A DNA stretch of 38,273 bases from Anaerolineae bacterium (GTDB lineage: Bacteria; Chloroflexota; Anaerolineae; B4-G1; DUEL01): assembly GCA_041082215.1 (NCBI GenBank), contig JBDOIF010000152.1, positions 65,235 through 103,507 of the forward strand, in the 5' to 3' direction. Both the position numbers and the translations under genes were made by a program. The notes below the pieces were generated by a model. The model did no database searches. It was not told where the DNA came from and saw only the letters and a list, made by a program, of their open reading frames with translations. Below are positions 24,783-33,449 of the stretch, piece by piece. Positions within the stretch are counted from its first letter, which is position 1; every line of letters begins with the position of its first letter.

Positions 24783-24870
24783 ATCACGAATGACACAAAT
24801 GCGTGAATTCACACGAATAGGAAAACGCTCTACAATTCGTGGGATTCGGTCCATTCGTGCTCTTCGTGAT
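24783..24870. repeat. 88-bp palindromic 9-nt-period element (copy A)
   Basis: atcacgaatgacacaaatgcgtgaattcacacgaat...attcgtgggattcggtccattcgtgctcttcgtgat. Inverted near-copy at 36698-36780. Confidence 0.8.
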
Positions 24871-24939
24871 GAGGTCGGCGTTTCGGGTTGGTCCATATGT
24901 GTGTATAATCTGTTCACCCTTACACTTCACGGAGGCAAT

Positions 24940-25839
24940 ATGGGGGAGATAGAGGAACTTCATATCGCTCCGCTTCAGACGATGGCGGAATACCGGGCCT
25001 GTGAGGAGCTCCAGCAGAAGGTCTGGGGATCCACTCCCCTGGATGTGGTGCCGGCCCACCTGCTCGTCACCGCTCAGCGCCACGGCGGGCTGGTGCTGGG
25101 GGCTTTCGACGGAGCCGGTCGGATGGTCGGTTTTCTCTTCGGCTTCCCCGGGAGGACCGCGCCGGATAACCCTGCTGCCGCCGGCCCCCGGTGGCAGCAC
25201 TGCTCCCATATGCTGGGGGTTGCTCCGGAGTGGCGGGGGCGGGGGGTGGGGACGCGGCTGAAACTGGCCCAGCGGGAATGGGCCCTTTCCCAGGGCTACG
25301 AACTGGTCACCTGGACCTACGATCCGCTGGAGGCGGGCAACGGGGCGCTCAACCTGGGCAAACTGGGCGCGGTCTGCCGGTGCTACCTGCGCGATTTCTA
25401 CGGCGAGCTGGCCGACGGGCTCAACGTGGGCCTGCCAACCGACCGCTTCGAGGTGGCCTGGTGGGTGGGCAGCGAGCGGGTGCGGATACGGGTGGAACAG
25501 GGGTGGCATCCCCCTCAACTCCAGGCACTGCTGGATGCAGGGGGGACGGTCCTGAACCCCGGCCGCCTTTCCCCTCGCGGCTGGCTTGAGCCAGGCCCTC
25601 ACCGGGGGCCGGAAGGGGACCTCTTATTGGTGGAGGTCCCCTCCCGCATTCAGGCCATCAAGGCGCTCTCGATGGACCTGGCGCTGGCCTGGCGGATGAG
25701 CGTGCGGACTGCCTGCGAGGCAGCCTTCCAGATCGGCTACGCTGCCTGCGATGTGGTGCAGGCGGAGGTACAGGGGATCGGGCGTACCTACTACCTCCTG
25801 CAGCGGTGGGAGGCAGTGGACGGCCTTGGTGACTCCTGA
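24940..25839 (+). CDS. GNAT-family N-acyltransferase
   Basis: LQQKVWG, GGLVLGAFD, SHMLGVAPEWRGRGVGTRLK (acyl-CoA motif), WTYDPL, NLGKLGA and PTDRF. ATG at 24940 with GGAGG SD; extended -10 TGTGTATAAT near 24900. Confidence 0.87.
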   Translation: MGEIEELHIAPLQTMAEYRACEELQQKVWGSTPLDVVPAHLLVTAQRHGGLVLGAFDGAGRMVGFLFGFPGRTAPDNPAAAGPRWQHCSHMLGVAPEWRGRGVGTRLKLAQREWALSQGYELVTWTYDPLEAGNGALNLGKLGAVCRCYLRDFYGELADGLNVGLPTDRFEVAWWVGSERVRIRVEQGWHPPQLQALLDAGGTVLNPGRLSPRGWLEPGPHRGPEGDLLLVEVPSRIQAIKALSMDLALAWRMSVRTACEAAFQIGYAACDVVQAEVQGIGRTYYLLQRWEAVDGLGDS

Positions 25840-25860
25840 GGGGCAGGGCAGGCCCTGTGC

Positions 25861-26661
25861 CTACCCTTCGTTGAGAAGCCCTTTCCGCACCGCACGGATA
25901 TAATTCAGACAGTGCCGGTCGCGGCCCAGGAGGAGCTCGACAGCCAGCGTCGCGGCCCGCATCCCCGGATCGAGAGGGTCGAGGATGGCGCAATCCAGCC
26001 CCGCCTCGACTGCCAGGACGAGAAAAGCCCGGTTGATGTGCGAGCGGGCCGGCAGCCCAAAAGAGACGTTGCTCAGCCCCAGGGTGATGTGGGCCTGGGG
26101 GAACTCCTGCCGGATGGCGCGGATCGTCTCCAGAGTGACCAGGGCGCTGTTCCCGTCCGTGGCGATGGTCATCACCAGCGGGTCAATATAGACCCGCTCG
26201 TCGGGTATTCCTGCCTCCCGCGTCCGGGCCATAATCCGGCGGATCACCTCCAGGCGGAGGTCGCTTGTCCCGGGGATCCTCCGCTCGTCCATCGCCAGAG
26301 CGATCACCCGGCAGCCGTGCCCGGCGACAAGGGGGAGGACCGCCTCCAGCCGGGCCGCCTCTCCGGTGATGGAGTTGATCATAGGGGTCTGTCCCACCAC
26401 CTCCATCGCGGCCTTCAGCGCCTGTGGGTTGGGGCTGTCCAGGCAGAGAGGGGTGTCCACCGCCTGCTGGACCGTCTGCACAAGCCAGACCAGGTCCTCC
26501 GGCTCCCGGTCCGCCGGCGTGCCCGCGTTGACGTCCAGCCAGTTGGCTCCGGCCTCCGCCTGCCGTCGGGCCAAGTCCTGAACGAAAGCGGCGTCCCGCT
26601 CCAGAATGGCCTGGGCGACCCGCTTTCGGGTTCCGTTGATCTTTTCACCGATGATCTCCAT
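25861..26661 (-). CDS. Pterin-binding methyltetrahydrofolate:corrinoid methyltransferase (AcsE/MetH pterin domain)
   Basis: IIGEKINGTRK, LDVNAG, PLCLDS, MINSI, YIDPLV, GLSNVSFGLP and GLDCAILDP. ATG at 26661 with GGAGGAG SD. Confidence 0.9.
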   Translation of the reverse strand: MEIIGEKINGTRKRVAQAILERDAAFVQDLARRQAEAGANWLDVNAGTPADREPEDLVWLVQTVQQAVDTPLCLDSPNPQALKAAMEVVGQTPMINSITGEAARLEAVLPLVAGHGCRVIALAMDERRIPGTSDLRLEVIRRIMARTREAGIPDERVYIDPLVMTIATDGNSALVTLETIRAIRQEFPQAHITLGLSNVSFGLPARSHINRAFLVLAVEAGLDCAILDPLDPGMRAATLAVELLLGRDRHCLNYIRAVRKGLLNEG

Positions 26662-27373
26662 ATCGGTCTCCTCCAGGTTGGATCGGAATCGTCTCGTCGT
26701 TGGGGAGAAAGTGGGCATAGGTGATCGTTTGGCCCGGTCGAGCGACAACGAAGTCCCCATCCCACGGACCGCGGAGCAGCTTTCTGAGCAGCGCATCGGA
26801 GCCACGGACCGTTTCGTAGCGCAGGCCGAACCGTGCAGCGATGCGCCGGGCATAGGCTCTGTACTGATCCACAGGTGGGGGGCCGGTTTCGATGAAGACC
26901 AGCCGTGTGTAGTTCTTCAGCATCTGCCCCATCAGCCAGCGGGCCTTTTCCTCACCGTACCGGACCATCAGCCGGTCGTATTCGTCGAAGGGGGTGTCGC
27001 CGACCTCGATCCAGCCCTTGGTCAGGTAATAGGTGCCCGGCTCGGAACGGACCTGACGCCGGTAGGCGTTCTGGGAGCCGAGGAAGAGGGCGATGCAGTC
27101 GTCCACCTTGGGAACGATCAGCGTGCAACCTCTGGCTTGCAGCCCGACGACCGCCATCGAACAGAGGCCGTACCCCAGGAGCACGGTATCCACCTCGCAG
27201 GAGGCCCGGTCTATAGCTTCCTGAAGGGCCTGTTTCAGCCGCTCAGGGGTGACGTGCAGGCCGAAGTCGAGGACCTGACAGCTTGCGCCAGGGGGCAGGA
27301 GGGGCCGCATCTCTTCGACTACGGTCGCGCAGGCGATGATCCGGGTTCGGTTGGGCTGGATGGATGGGACCAT
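26645..27373 (-). CDS. DUF1638-family protein (corrinoid methyl-transfer associated)
   Basis: IIAC, FGLH-x2-P-x2-L, LLGYGLC, VDDCIALFLGS, PGTYYLTKGW and NYTRLVFI. Confidence 0.82.
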   Translation of the reverse strand: MVPSIQPNRTRIIACATVVEEMRPLLPPGASCQVLDFGLHVTPERLKQALQEAIDRASCEVDTVLLGYGLCSMAVVGLQARGCTLIVPKVDDCIALFLGSQNAYRRQVRSEPGTYYLTKGWIEVGDTPFDEYDRLMVRYGEEKARWLMGQMLKNYTRLVFIETGPPPVDQYRAYARRIAARFGLRYETVRGSDALLRKLLRGPWDGDFVVARPGQTITYAHFLPNDETIPIQPGGDRYGDHR

Positions 27374-27402
27374 TTCTTGTTTCTCGCCAGTCGTGATACG
27401 TA

Positions 27403-27431
27403 ATTGTATACTTATATAGGGAAGTTGTCAA
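27403..27431 (-). promoter_or_regulatory. Promoter for DUF1638-methyltransferase pair
   Basis: Minus strand reads TTGACA-17 nt-TACAAT. Confidence 0.75.
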
Positions 27432-27501
27432 ATGGACAGGCCTGGGTAGGTGTATTTCAGCTTGGGAGCGAGATGTCCCTGGCCCGGGCCGGACCTGGGG
27501 A

Positions 27502-27592
27502 AACATGAATGGTGCAAATGGAAACAAATACCGCGAATGGAGCAGGTATCCCTCCTGTTCGCGGTATTCGGGCCATTCGTGGGATTCGCGAT
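27502..27592. repeat. Diverged 9-nt-period palindromic element (copy C)
   Basis: catgaatgg tgcaaatgg aaacaaata ccgcgaat...ttcgcggta ttcgggcca ttcgtggga ttcgcgat. Confidence 0.65.
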
Positions 27593-27655
27593 CCACCGGC
27601 GGGCGAGAGGACCACTCGCCCCGAAATTGAAATACGCCTGGCCCGGGGGCCCGGG

Positions 27656-27683
27656 TTGACAACCCCAGAGGGGATGGTATAAT
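27656..27683 (+). promoter_or_regulatory. Promoter of zur-znu operon
   Basis: TTGACA-16 nt-TATAAT with extended -10 TG. Confidence 0.8.
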
Positions 27684-27684
27684 C

Positions 27685-27707
27685 TTATTGAAAATGAGTT
27701 TCAATAA
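27685..27707. promoter_or_regulatory. Fur/Zur-type operator
   Basis: Perfect 9-5-9 palindrome TTATTGAAA-ATGAG-TTTCAATAA just downstream of the -10. Confidence 0.8.
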
Positions 27708-28155
27708 TGCGGATCGAACGGGTGTTCCTGCGGGCTGGCAGAGGCGGTTCCGCGAGGCTGGCCATCGGCTCACCCGGCCCCGCCAGGCGGTGATGGAGGT
27801 GGTGGCCTGTGCAGAGGGGGCCGTGACGGCGGCCGAGGTCTACCGTCTTGCCCGCGCTCGCTATGAGCAGACCGGTTTGGTCACAGTGTACCGCACCCTG
27901 AACCTGCTGGTCGAGCTGGGGCTGGCTTACCGTCTCTATGCGGAGGGGGGAAGTCAGCTCTACCTGCGGGCTGACCTGAACCAGCCGGTCCATCAACTCA
28001 TCTGCCAGTCCTGTCATCGGGCGGTGACGTTCCCCTGCAGGGGGCTGGAGGAGGTTGTGACGGCCATTGAACAGCAGACCGGCTTCGCCGTGCGGGGCCA
28101 CTGGCTGGAGCTTTTCGGCCTCTGCCCCGCCTGCCGAAGGGAGGAGAAACGATGA
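27694..28155 (+). CDS. zur: Fur-family regulator, probably Zur
   Basis: GHRLTRPRQAV, VTVYRTLNLL, HQLICQSC, HWLELFGLCPAC; first gene of a Zn-type ABC operon. Start is ATG 27694 or TTG 27688. Confidence 0.85.
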   Translation: MSFNNADRTGVPAGWQRRFREAGHRLTRPRQAVMEVVACAEGAVTAAEVYRLARARYEQTGLVTVYRTLNLLVELGLAYRLYAEGGSQLYLRADLNQPVHQLICQSCHRAVTFPCRGLEEVVTAIEQQTGFAVRGHWLELFGLCPACRREEKR

Positions 28156-29177
28156 GAAGGCCGGAAAAACCACAGAGACACAGGGTCCACGGAGAGTTTT
28201 CCCCAAATCCTGCAAAACTCTGTGCCCTCTGTATCTCCGTGGTTTTGTTCTTGCTCACGATGTGTACACCAGGGCCAGCGGCGCCGGCGGAGGAGGTGGC
28301 GCTCACCCCCGTCCCGCTGGGGCAGGGGGAGCGGCTACGGGTGGTGGCGACGACGACCATCGTGGGGGACGTGGTGGCCCGGGTGGGGGGGGAGGCCATC
28401 GAGCTGACGGTTCTCCTGCAGCCCGGAGCCGACCCCCACACCTATCAGCCCCGTCCCTCCGACCTGGCGGCTGTGGCAGAGGCCCACGTCCTTTTCGTCA
28501 ACGGCCTGGGGCTGGAGGAGACGCTGGAGCGCACGCTGCACAATGTGGGCGGGAACGTCCCTCTGGTGTCCGTCTCGACCGGAATCCACCCCCGGATGCT
28601 GGAGGCGCACACCCACGCCGGGGAGGAGGACCACGAGGAAGGGGCCGATCCCCATGTCTGGTTCGATGTGCGCAACGTGATGGTCTGGGTGGAGAACATC
28701 CGGCAGGCCTTGAGCGCGCTGGATCCGGCCCACGCCGAGTCCTATGGAGCCAACGCCGCCGCCTACCGGGCGGAACTGGAGGCGCTGGACCGGTGGATCG
28801 TCGAGCAGGTGGCGACGGTGCCGGAGGGGAACCGGAAGCTGGTCACCAACCACCCGGCCTTCGGCTACTTCGCCGACCGGTACGGCTTTCTGCAGATCGG
28901 CGCGGTCTATCCAGTGAGCCCCTCGGCAGAGCCGTCGGCCCAGGACATCGCCCGGCTGGAGGAGGCGATCCGCCAGTACGGCGTGCCCGCCGTCTTCACC
29001 GAGAACACCGTCAACCCGGCGCTGGCCGGGCAGGTGGCCCGGGATACCGGTGTCGCCCTGGTCCAGCTTTACACCGGCTCTCTGGGAGGGCCTGGAAGTG
29101 GGGTGGAGAGCTACGTCGAGCTGATGAAGTACGACGTGCGGGCCATCGTCGAGGCGCTGGGAGGGGAGGCGCGGTGA
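28152..29177 (+). CDS. znuA: Metal (Zn/Mn) ABC transporter substrate-binding protein
   Basis: VVATT, GADPHTYQP, NGLGLE, His-rich loop EAHTHAGEEDHEE, DPHVW and HPAFGYF. Confidence 0.9.
   Translation: MRRPEKPQRHRVHGEFSPNPAKLCALCISVVLFLLTMCTPGPAAPAEEVALTPVPLGQGERLRVVATTTIVGDVVARVGGEAIELTVLLQPGADPHTYQPRPSDLAAVAEAHVLFVNGLGLEETLERTLHNVGGNVPLVSVSTGIHPRMLEAHTHAGEEDHEEGADPHVWFDVRNVMVWVENIRQALSALDPAHAESYGANAAAYRAELEALDRWIVEQVATVPEGNRKLVTNHPAFGYFADRYGFLQIGAVYPVSPSAEPSAQDIARLEEAIRQYGVPAVFTENTVNPALAGQVARDTGVALVQLYTGSLGGPGSGVESYVELMKYDVRAIVEALGGEAR
28166..28246. repeat. 81-bp palindromic element inside the znuA 5' end
   Basis: aaaaccacagagacacagggtccacggagagtttt...aaaactctgtgccctctgtatctccgtggtttt: imperfect inverted arms. 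Confidence 0.75.
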
Positions 29178-29200
29178 CGGGGAGACGTGGGGAGGGGGAG

Positions 29201-30001
29201 ATGATGAGATGTGAGGTGTTGCGGGTGGAGGAGCTCACCGCCGGGTACGACGGCGCAGCAGCACTGGAAGGGGTCACCTTCTCTGTCTCCGGTGGAGAGC
29301 AGATTGCTGTTGTGGGGCCGAACGGGGCGGGGAAGTCCACCCTTTTCAAGGTCCTCGTCGGGCTGCTCCCTCCTCGATCCGGCCGGGTAGAGGTGCTGGG
29401 GTGCGACCCCCTTCAGGGCCGGGTTGAGGTCAGCTACGTCGCCCAGCGAGGGGAGGTGGATTTCGCCTTTCCGGTGACGGTAGCAGACGTGGTGATGATG
29501 GGTCGGGTGGGGCGGATGGGCTGGCTGCGGTGGCCCTCGCGGGAGGACCGGAGGGCGGTGGTGCAGGCGCTGGAGCAGGTGGGGCTGGCCGAGCTGGCCG
29601 ACCGGCAGGTCGGCGAGCTTTCCGGCGGGCAACAGCAGCGGGTCTTTATTGCCCGCGCCCTGGCCCAGGGGGCGGAGCTCCTGCTGATGGACGAGCCCTT
29701 CGCCGGGGTGGATGCCGCCAGCGAGCAGGCGATCCTGGAGTTGCTGGCCCGCCTGAAGGAGGGTGGGATGACGGTGCTTCTCTCCACCCACGATCTGAGC
29801 CTTGCCGCTGACCGGTTCGACCGGGTGCTTCTGCTCAACCGCCGCCTGATCGCCAGCGGTCCGCCCCAGGAGGTCTTCTGCCCCGACGTCCTCCGCCGCG
29901 CCTACGGCAGGCAGTTGGCGGTGTGGGAGCATGAGCGGGGAGTGGTGATGGTGGGGGACGGCCACTGCTCGGGCGGGGTGGAACAACAGATCGCGGTGTA
30001 G
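29201..30001 (+). CDS. znuC: Metal ABC transporter ATP-binding protein
   Basis: GPNGAGKST, FPVTVADVV, LSGGQQQRV, LLMDEPF and H-loop STHDL. ATG at 29201 or 29204. Confidence 0.92.
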   Translation: MMRCEVLRVEELTAGYDGAAALEGVTFSVSGGEQIAVVGPNGAGKSTLFKVLVGLLPPRSGRVEVLGCDPLQGRVEVSYVAQRGEVDFAFPVTVADVVMMGRVGRMGWLRWPSREDRRAVVQALEQVGLAELADRQVGELSGGQQQRVFIARALAQGAELLLMDEPFAGVDAASEQAILELLARLKEGGMTVLLSTHDLSLAADRFDRVLLLNRRLIASGPPQEVFCPDVLRRAYGRQLAVWEHERGVVMVGDGHCSGGVEQQIAV

Positions 30002-30008
30002 AGGGGGG

Positions 30009-30848
30009 ATGATGGATTGGCTGCTGGAACCGCTGGCCTATCCCTTTATGGTGCGCGGACTCCTGGCCTCTCTGCTGGTAGGGACAACCTGTGCGGTCCT
30101 GGGGACCTACGTTGTCCTGAAGGGGATGGCCTTTTTCGGCGATGCGCTGGCCCATGCTGTCCTCCCCGGGGTGGCGGTGGCCTATCTGGCCGGCTGGCCC
30201 CTCTTCGCTGGCGCGCTGGTCGCTGGCATCGGGGTAGCGCTGGGCATCGGCGCCCTGACCCGCCGGGGCCGCCTCAGGGAGGATACAGCCATCGGCATCC
30301 TCTTCTCCGGCTCCTTTGCCCTGGGGATCGCCCTCCTCACCACCGTCGAGGCCTACAGCGTTGATCTGACCCACTTCCTCTTCGGCAACGTCCTGGGGGT
30401 CTCCCCCGCCGACCTGTGGCTCACCGCCGGGCTGGGGGGGCTGGTTCTCCTGCTGGTGGCGGTCTTCTATAAGGAGTTTCTGGTGATGGCCTTCGATCCG
30501 GTCCTGGCCCGGGTGCTGCGGCTGCCGACGGCCTTCCTTCATTACCTCCTGCTGGTGATGCTGGCGGTGACGGTGGTGGTGAGCCTGCAGACGGTGGGGG
30601 TGGCGCTGATGGTGGCGATGCTGGTCACGCCAGCGGCAACGGCCTATCTGCTCACCCGTCGGCTGCCGGCGATGATGGGGCTGGCCGCCTTTTTCGGCAG
30701 CTTCTCCGCCGTTGCGGGCCTCTACCTATCCTATTATGTCAACGTCGCTTCCGGCCCGGCGGTGGTGCTGGTGTGTACGTTCCTCTTCCTGCTGGCGCTC
30801 CTCCTTTCCCCGCGGCGGGGGCTGGTGTGGAGGTGGGCGGCTGGGTGA
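30009..30848 (+). CDS. znuB: Metal ABC transporter permease
   Basis: GDALAHAVLPGVA, EDTAIGI, FLFGNVL, FDP and VTPAATA; multi-pass membrane protein. Confidence 0.92.
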   Translation: MMDWLLEPLAYPFMVRGLLASLLVGTTCAVLGTYVVLKGMAFFGDALAHAVLPGVAVAYLAGWPLFAGALVAGIGVALGIGALTRRGRLREDTAIGILFSGSFALGIALLTTVEAYSVDLTHFLFGNVLGVSPADLWLTAGLGGLVLLLVAVFYKEFLVMAFDPVLARVLRLPTAFLHYLLLVMLAVTVVVSLQTVGVALMVAMLVTPAATAYLLTRRLPAMMGLAAFFGSFSAVAGLYLSYYVNVASGPAVVLVCTFLFLLALLLSPRRGLVWRWAAG

Positions 30849-30880
30849 CTGGGTGATTGGGTGATTGGGAGGCTGGGGCG

Positions 30881-31336
30881 ATGGTTCTGGTGAGCGCCTG
30901 TCTGCTGGGGATGCGGACGGCTTATGACGGGGAGGGCCGGGCGACAGAGGCGCTGGTCCGGCTGGCTGCTCAGGGGCGGGCGGTGCCGATCTGCCCGGAA
31001 GTGGCGGGTGGGCTTCCTATCCCCCGCTCCCCGGCGGAGATCGTCGGCGGGAGCGGCGAGGACGTGCTGGAAGGGCGGGCGCGGGTCCTCACGATCGAGG
31101 GGGAGGACGTGACGGCGGCCTACATTCGTGGGGCAGAAGTGGCGCTGGCGGTGGCCCGTCGGCTGGGTTTGCGGCGGGCAGTGCTCAAAGCCCGCAGCCC
31201 CTCCTGCGGTTCCCGTTGTATCTACGATGGGACTCACTCCGGTCGGCTGATCTCCGGTCAGGGAGTCACCGCCGCGTTGCTGCGCCGGGCAGGGGTGGAG
31301 GTGGTGTCGGAGGAAGAGATGGGGCCTGAGAGTTGA
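30881..31336 (+). CDS. DUF523 / TudS (2-thiouracil desulfurase)-like protein
   Basis: LVSACLLG-x3-[25 protein letters not shown] and [12 protein letters not shown] at 30881 with GGAGG SD. Confidence 0.87.
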   Translation: MVLVSACLLGMRTAYDGEGRATEALVRLAAQGRAVPICPEVAGGLPIPRSPAEIVGGSGEDVLEGRARVLTIEGEDVTAAYIRGAEVALAVARRLGLRRAVLKARSPSCGSRCIYDGTHSGRLISGQGVTAALLRRAGVEVVSEEEMGPES

Positions 31337-31338
31337 GG

Positions 31339-31422
31339 GGTCAGGCGTCAAACGTCAGACGTCAAACGTCAAACGTCAGACGTCAAACGTCAAACGTCAG
31401 GCGTCAAACGTGAGGCGTGGAA
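31339..31422. repeat. 7-nt tandem repeat CGTCARR, about 12 units
   Basis: ggtcagg cgtcaaa cgtcaga cgtcaaa cgtcaaa cgtcaga cgtcaaa cgtcaaa cgtcagg cgtcaaa cgtgagg cgtggaa. Confidence 0.9.
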
Positions 31423-32519
31423 CTTTGCACATCCTGCTGGTCGAGCCGTATTTCGGAGGAAGCCATCGGGCCTGGGCGGAGGGGTATGCCCGGCACAGCT
31501 GCCATCGGGTGGAGCTTCTGACCCTGCCGGCCCAGTTCTGGAAGTGGCGGATGGAGGGCGGAGCAGCGACGCTGGCGGAGGAGGTCGAGAGGCGAAAGGT
31601 CCGGCCCGACCTGCTTCTGGTCACCGATATGCTCAACCTGTCCGTCTTTCTGGGCCTTGCCCGCCGCTGGCTGGCCGACGTGCCGGTGGTCCTCTACTGC
31701 CACGAGAACCAGCTCACCTATCCCCTCCCTCCTGGCGAGAAGCGGGACCTGACCTATGGGTTGCTCAACTGGCTCTCGATGCTGGCAGCCGACCGGATTT
31801 TCTTCAATTCCCATTACCATCTGGAGACCTGGTTTGAGGAGCTGCCCCGTCTCCTGAAGCACTTCCCCGACCACACCCACGTCCACCGTATCGGGGAGGT
31901 GCGGGCCCGGTCGGCGGTGTTGCCGGTGGGGATCGAGCTGGCGCGGCTGGACAGAAGCCGTGTGGAGCGCGGGGATGGGCCGCCGCTGATCCTCTGGAAC
32001 CAGCGGTGGGAGTACGATAAGGACCCGGTCACGTTCTTTCGGGCGCTGGATCGGCTGATCGAGGAGAAGCTGGACTTCCGGGTGGCGCTGGCGGGGACGA
32101 ACGTCCGCCAGCGGCCGGAGGAGTTCGAGGCAGCGCGGGAGCGGCTGGGGGAGCGGATCGTCCATTATGGCTATGCCGATGAGGCGACCTATACCCGCCT
32201 TCTGTGGGAAGCGGACGTGGTGGTGAGCACCGCCATTCACGAGTTCTTCGGCGTCGCCATTGTCGAGGCGATCTACTGCGGCTGTTTCCCGGTCCTCCCC
32301 CGACGGCTCTCCTATCCGGAACTCATCCCTCCCTCCCACCACGACCGCTGCCTCTACGACGACTTCGACGGCCTGCTGGCCCGCCTTCGGTGGGCGCTGA
32401 CCTGCCCGGACGAGGCCCGCCGGGCCGCTGTGCCCCTCCGGGATGCAGTTGCCTGCTTCGACTGGCCGGTCCTGGCCCCCCGATACGACCAGTCGTTCGA
32501 GGAGGTGCAAAATGGATGA
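31410..32519 (+). CDS. DUF3524 + GT-B glycosyltransferase (GTDC1/QTMAN-like)
   Basis: [48 protein letters not shown] and PRRLSYPEL. Start position uncertain because it lies in the repeat. Confidence 0.85.
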   Translation: MRRGTLHILLVEPYFGGSHRAWAEGYARHSCHRVELLTLPAQFWKWRMEGGAATLAEEVERRKVRPDLLLVTDMLNLSVFLGLARRWLADVPVVLYCHENQLTYPLPPGEKRDLTYGLLNWLSMLAADRIFFNSHYHLETWFEELPRLLKHFPDHTHVHRIGEVRARSAVLPVGIELARLDRSRVERGDGPPLILWNQRWEYDKDPVTFFRALDRLIEEKLDFRVALAGTNVRQRPEEFEAARERLGERIVHYGYADEATYTRLLWEADVVVSTAIHEFFGVAIVEAIYCGCFPVLPRRLSYPELIPPSHHDRCLYDDFDGLLARLRWALTCPDEARRAAVPLRDAVACFDWPVLAPRYDQSFEEVQNG

Positions 32520-33384
32520 CCACCAACCAGCAACGGGCAACCAGCAACGCTTCCCCTGGTACGGATGGCTGGGCGCGGCCATCGTCGTCGCCGCCGAGAT
32601 CTGCCTTTTCGCCCACCAGCCCTTTGTGAGCCGGTGGTTCACCCCCATTGTCTGGACCGGCTACATCCTCCTTGCCGACGGGCTTTCCTTCCGATTGCGG
32701 GGCCGCTCCTGGATCCACGACCGGCCCCGGGAGATGCTGCTTCTGGTCTGGCTTTCAGCCGGCCTCTGGTTGATCTTTGAGGTCTACAACCTCCGGCTCC
32801 GCAACTGGTACTACGTGGGCGTGCCGGAGAACCCGTGGGCGCGGGACTGGGCCTACCTCTGGTCCTTCACCACCATCTTTCCCGGCATCTTCGAGACGGC
32901 GGACGTGCTGGACGGGCTGGGGCTGTTTCGGAAAGCACGGCGCCGGCCCCGGGAGATGTCTTCCCTCCGGCTTTCCCTTTCCTTCCTCCTGGGGGCCGCC
33001 TTTCTGACCATTCCGCCGCTCCTGCCCCTTCACGTCACCCCGTACACCTTTGCCTTCGTCTGGGTGGGGTTCTTCCTCTTCCTGGAGCCGGTCAATCGGG
33101 CGCTGGGCGCGCCCTCCCTCTACCAGGCCTGGGAGGAAGGGAATCCCCGGCCTCTCTATCTGCTGCTGGCGGCAGGGGGAGTCTGCGGGCTGCTGTGGGA
33201 GTTCTGGAACTACTGGGCCACGGCCGGCTGGCGGTATACCATCCCCTGGCCGCTCGATTTCGGGGTCTACTACTTCCGGATGCCCGTTTTGGGACTCCTG
33301 GGTTTCCCGCCGTTCGCGCTGGAGAGTTATGCGATGTATCAGTTTATGCGGCGAATGCTGCTGGGAGACGCGATGACGCGGTGA
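32512..33384 (+). CDS. Conserved-looking multi-pass membrane protein of unknown function
   Basis: ATG at 32512 with GGAGGTG SD. Several hydrophobic helices and two similar motifs, WLIFEVYN...NWYY and LLWEFWNY...WRY. Confidence 0.8.
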   Translation: MDDHQPATGNQQRFPWYGWLGAAIVVAAEICLFAHQPFVSRWFTPIVWTGYILLADGLSFRLRGRSWIHDRPREMLLLVWLSAGLWLIFEVYNLRLRNWYYVGVPENPWARDWAYLWSFTTIFPGIFETADVLDGLGLFRKARRRPREMSSLRLSLSFLLGAAFLTIPPLLPLHVTPYTFAFVWVGFFLFLEPVNRALGAPSLYQAWEEGNPRPLYLLLAAGGVCGLLWEFWNYWATAGWRYTIPWPLDFGVYYFRMPVLGLLGFPPFALESYAMYQFMRRMLLGDAMTR

Positions 33385-33449
33385 CGGGGGGACGCGGTAA
33401 GAGGTACTCTGCATCTCCCCGTCCCTGTGTCGCGTAGGGGATAGGTAAG

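Noticed and set aside
24400..24939. N-terminal extension of the GNAT ORF (479 aa)
   Set aside because: Overlaps prfA antisense, promoters and a repeat. A clear GGAGG-ATG lies at 24940.
26662..26853. N-terminal extension of the methyltransferase (330-aa ORF)
   Set aside because: Overlaps DUF1638 in another frame. A strong SD and family-typical start (MEIIGEKIN) lie at 26661.
27374..27655. Cobalamin riboswitch upstream of DUF1638/methyltransferase
   Set aside because: No B12-box consensus recognised. The predicted promoter is only about 30 nt from the start, and the remaining space is a palindromic repeat.
28067..29200. 644-aa ORF suggesting a long N-terminal fusion on ZnuC
   Set aside because: The upstream part is a G/R/A-rich off-frame reading of zur/znuA. 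The real ATPase starts at about 29201 after a purine-rich SD.
31339..31422. Possible CRISPR array
   Set aside because: Contiguous 7-nt units with no unique spacers and no cas genes; it is a simple tandem repeat.
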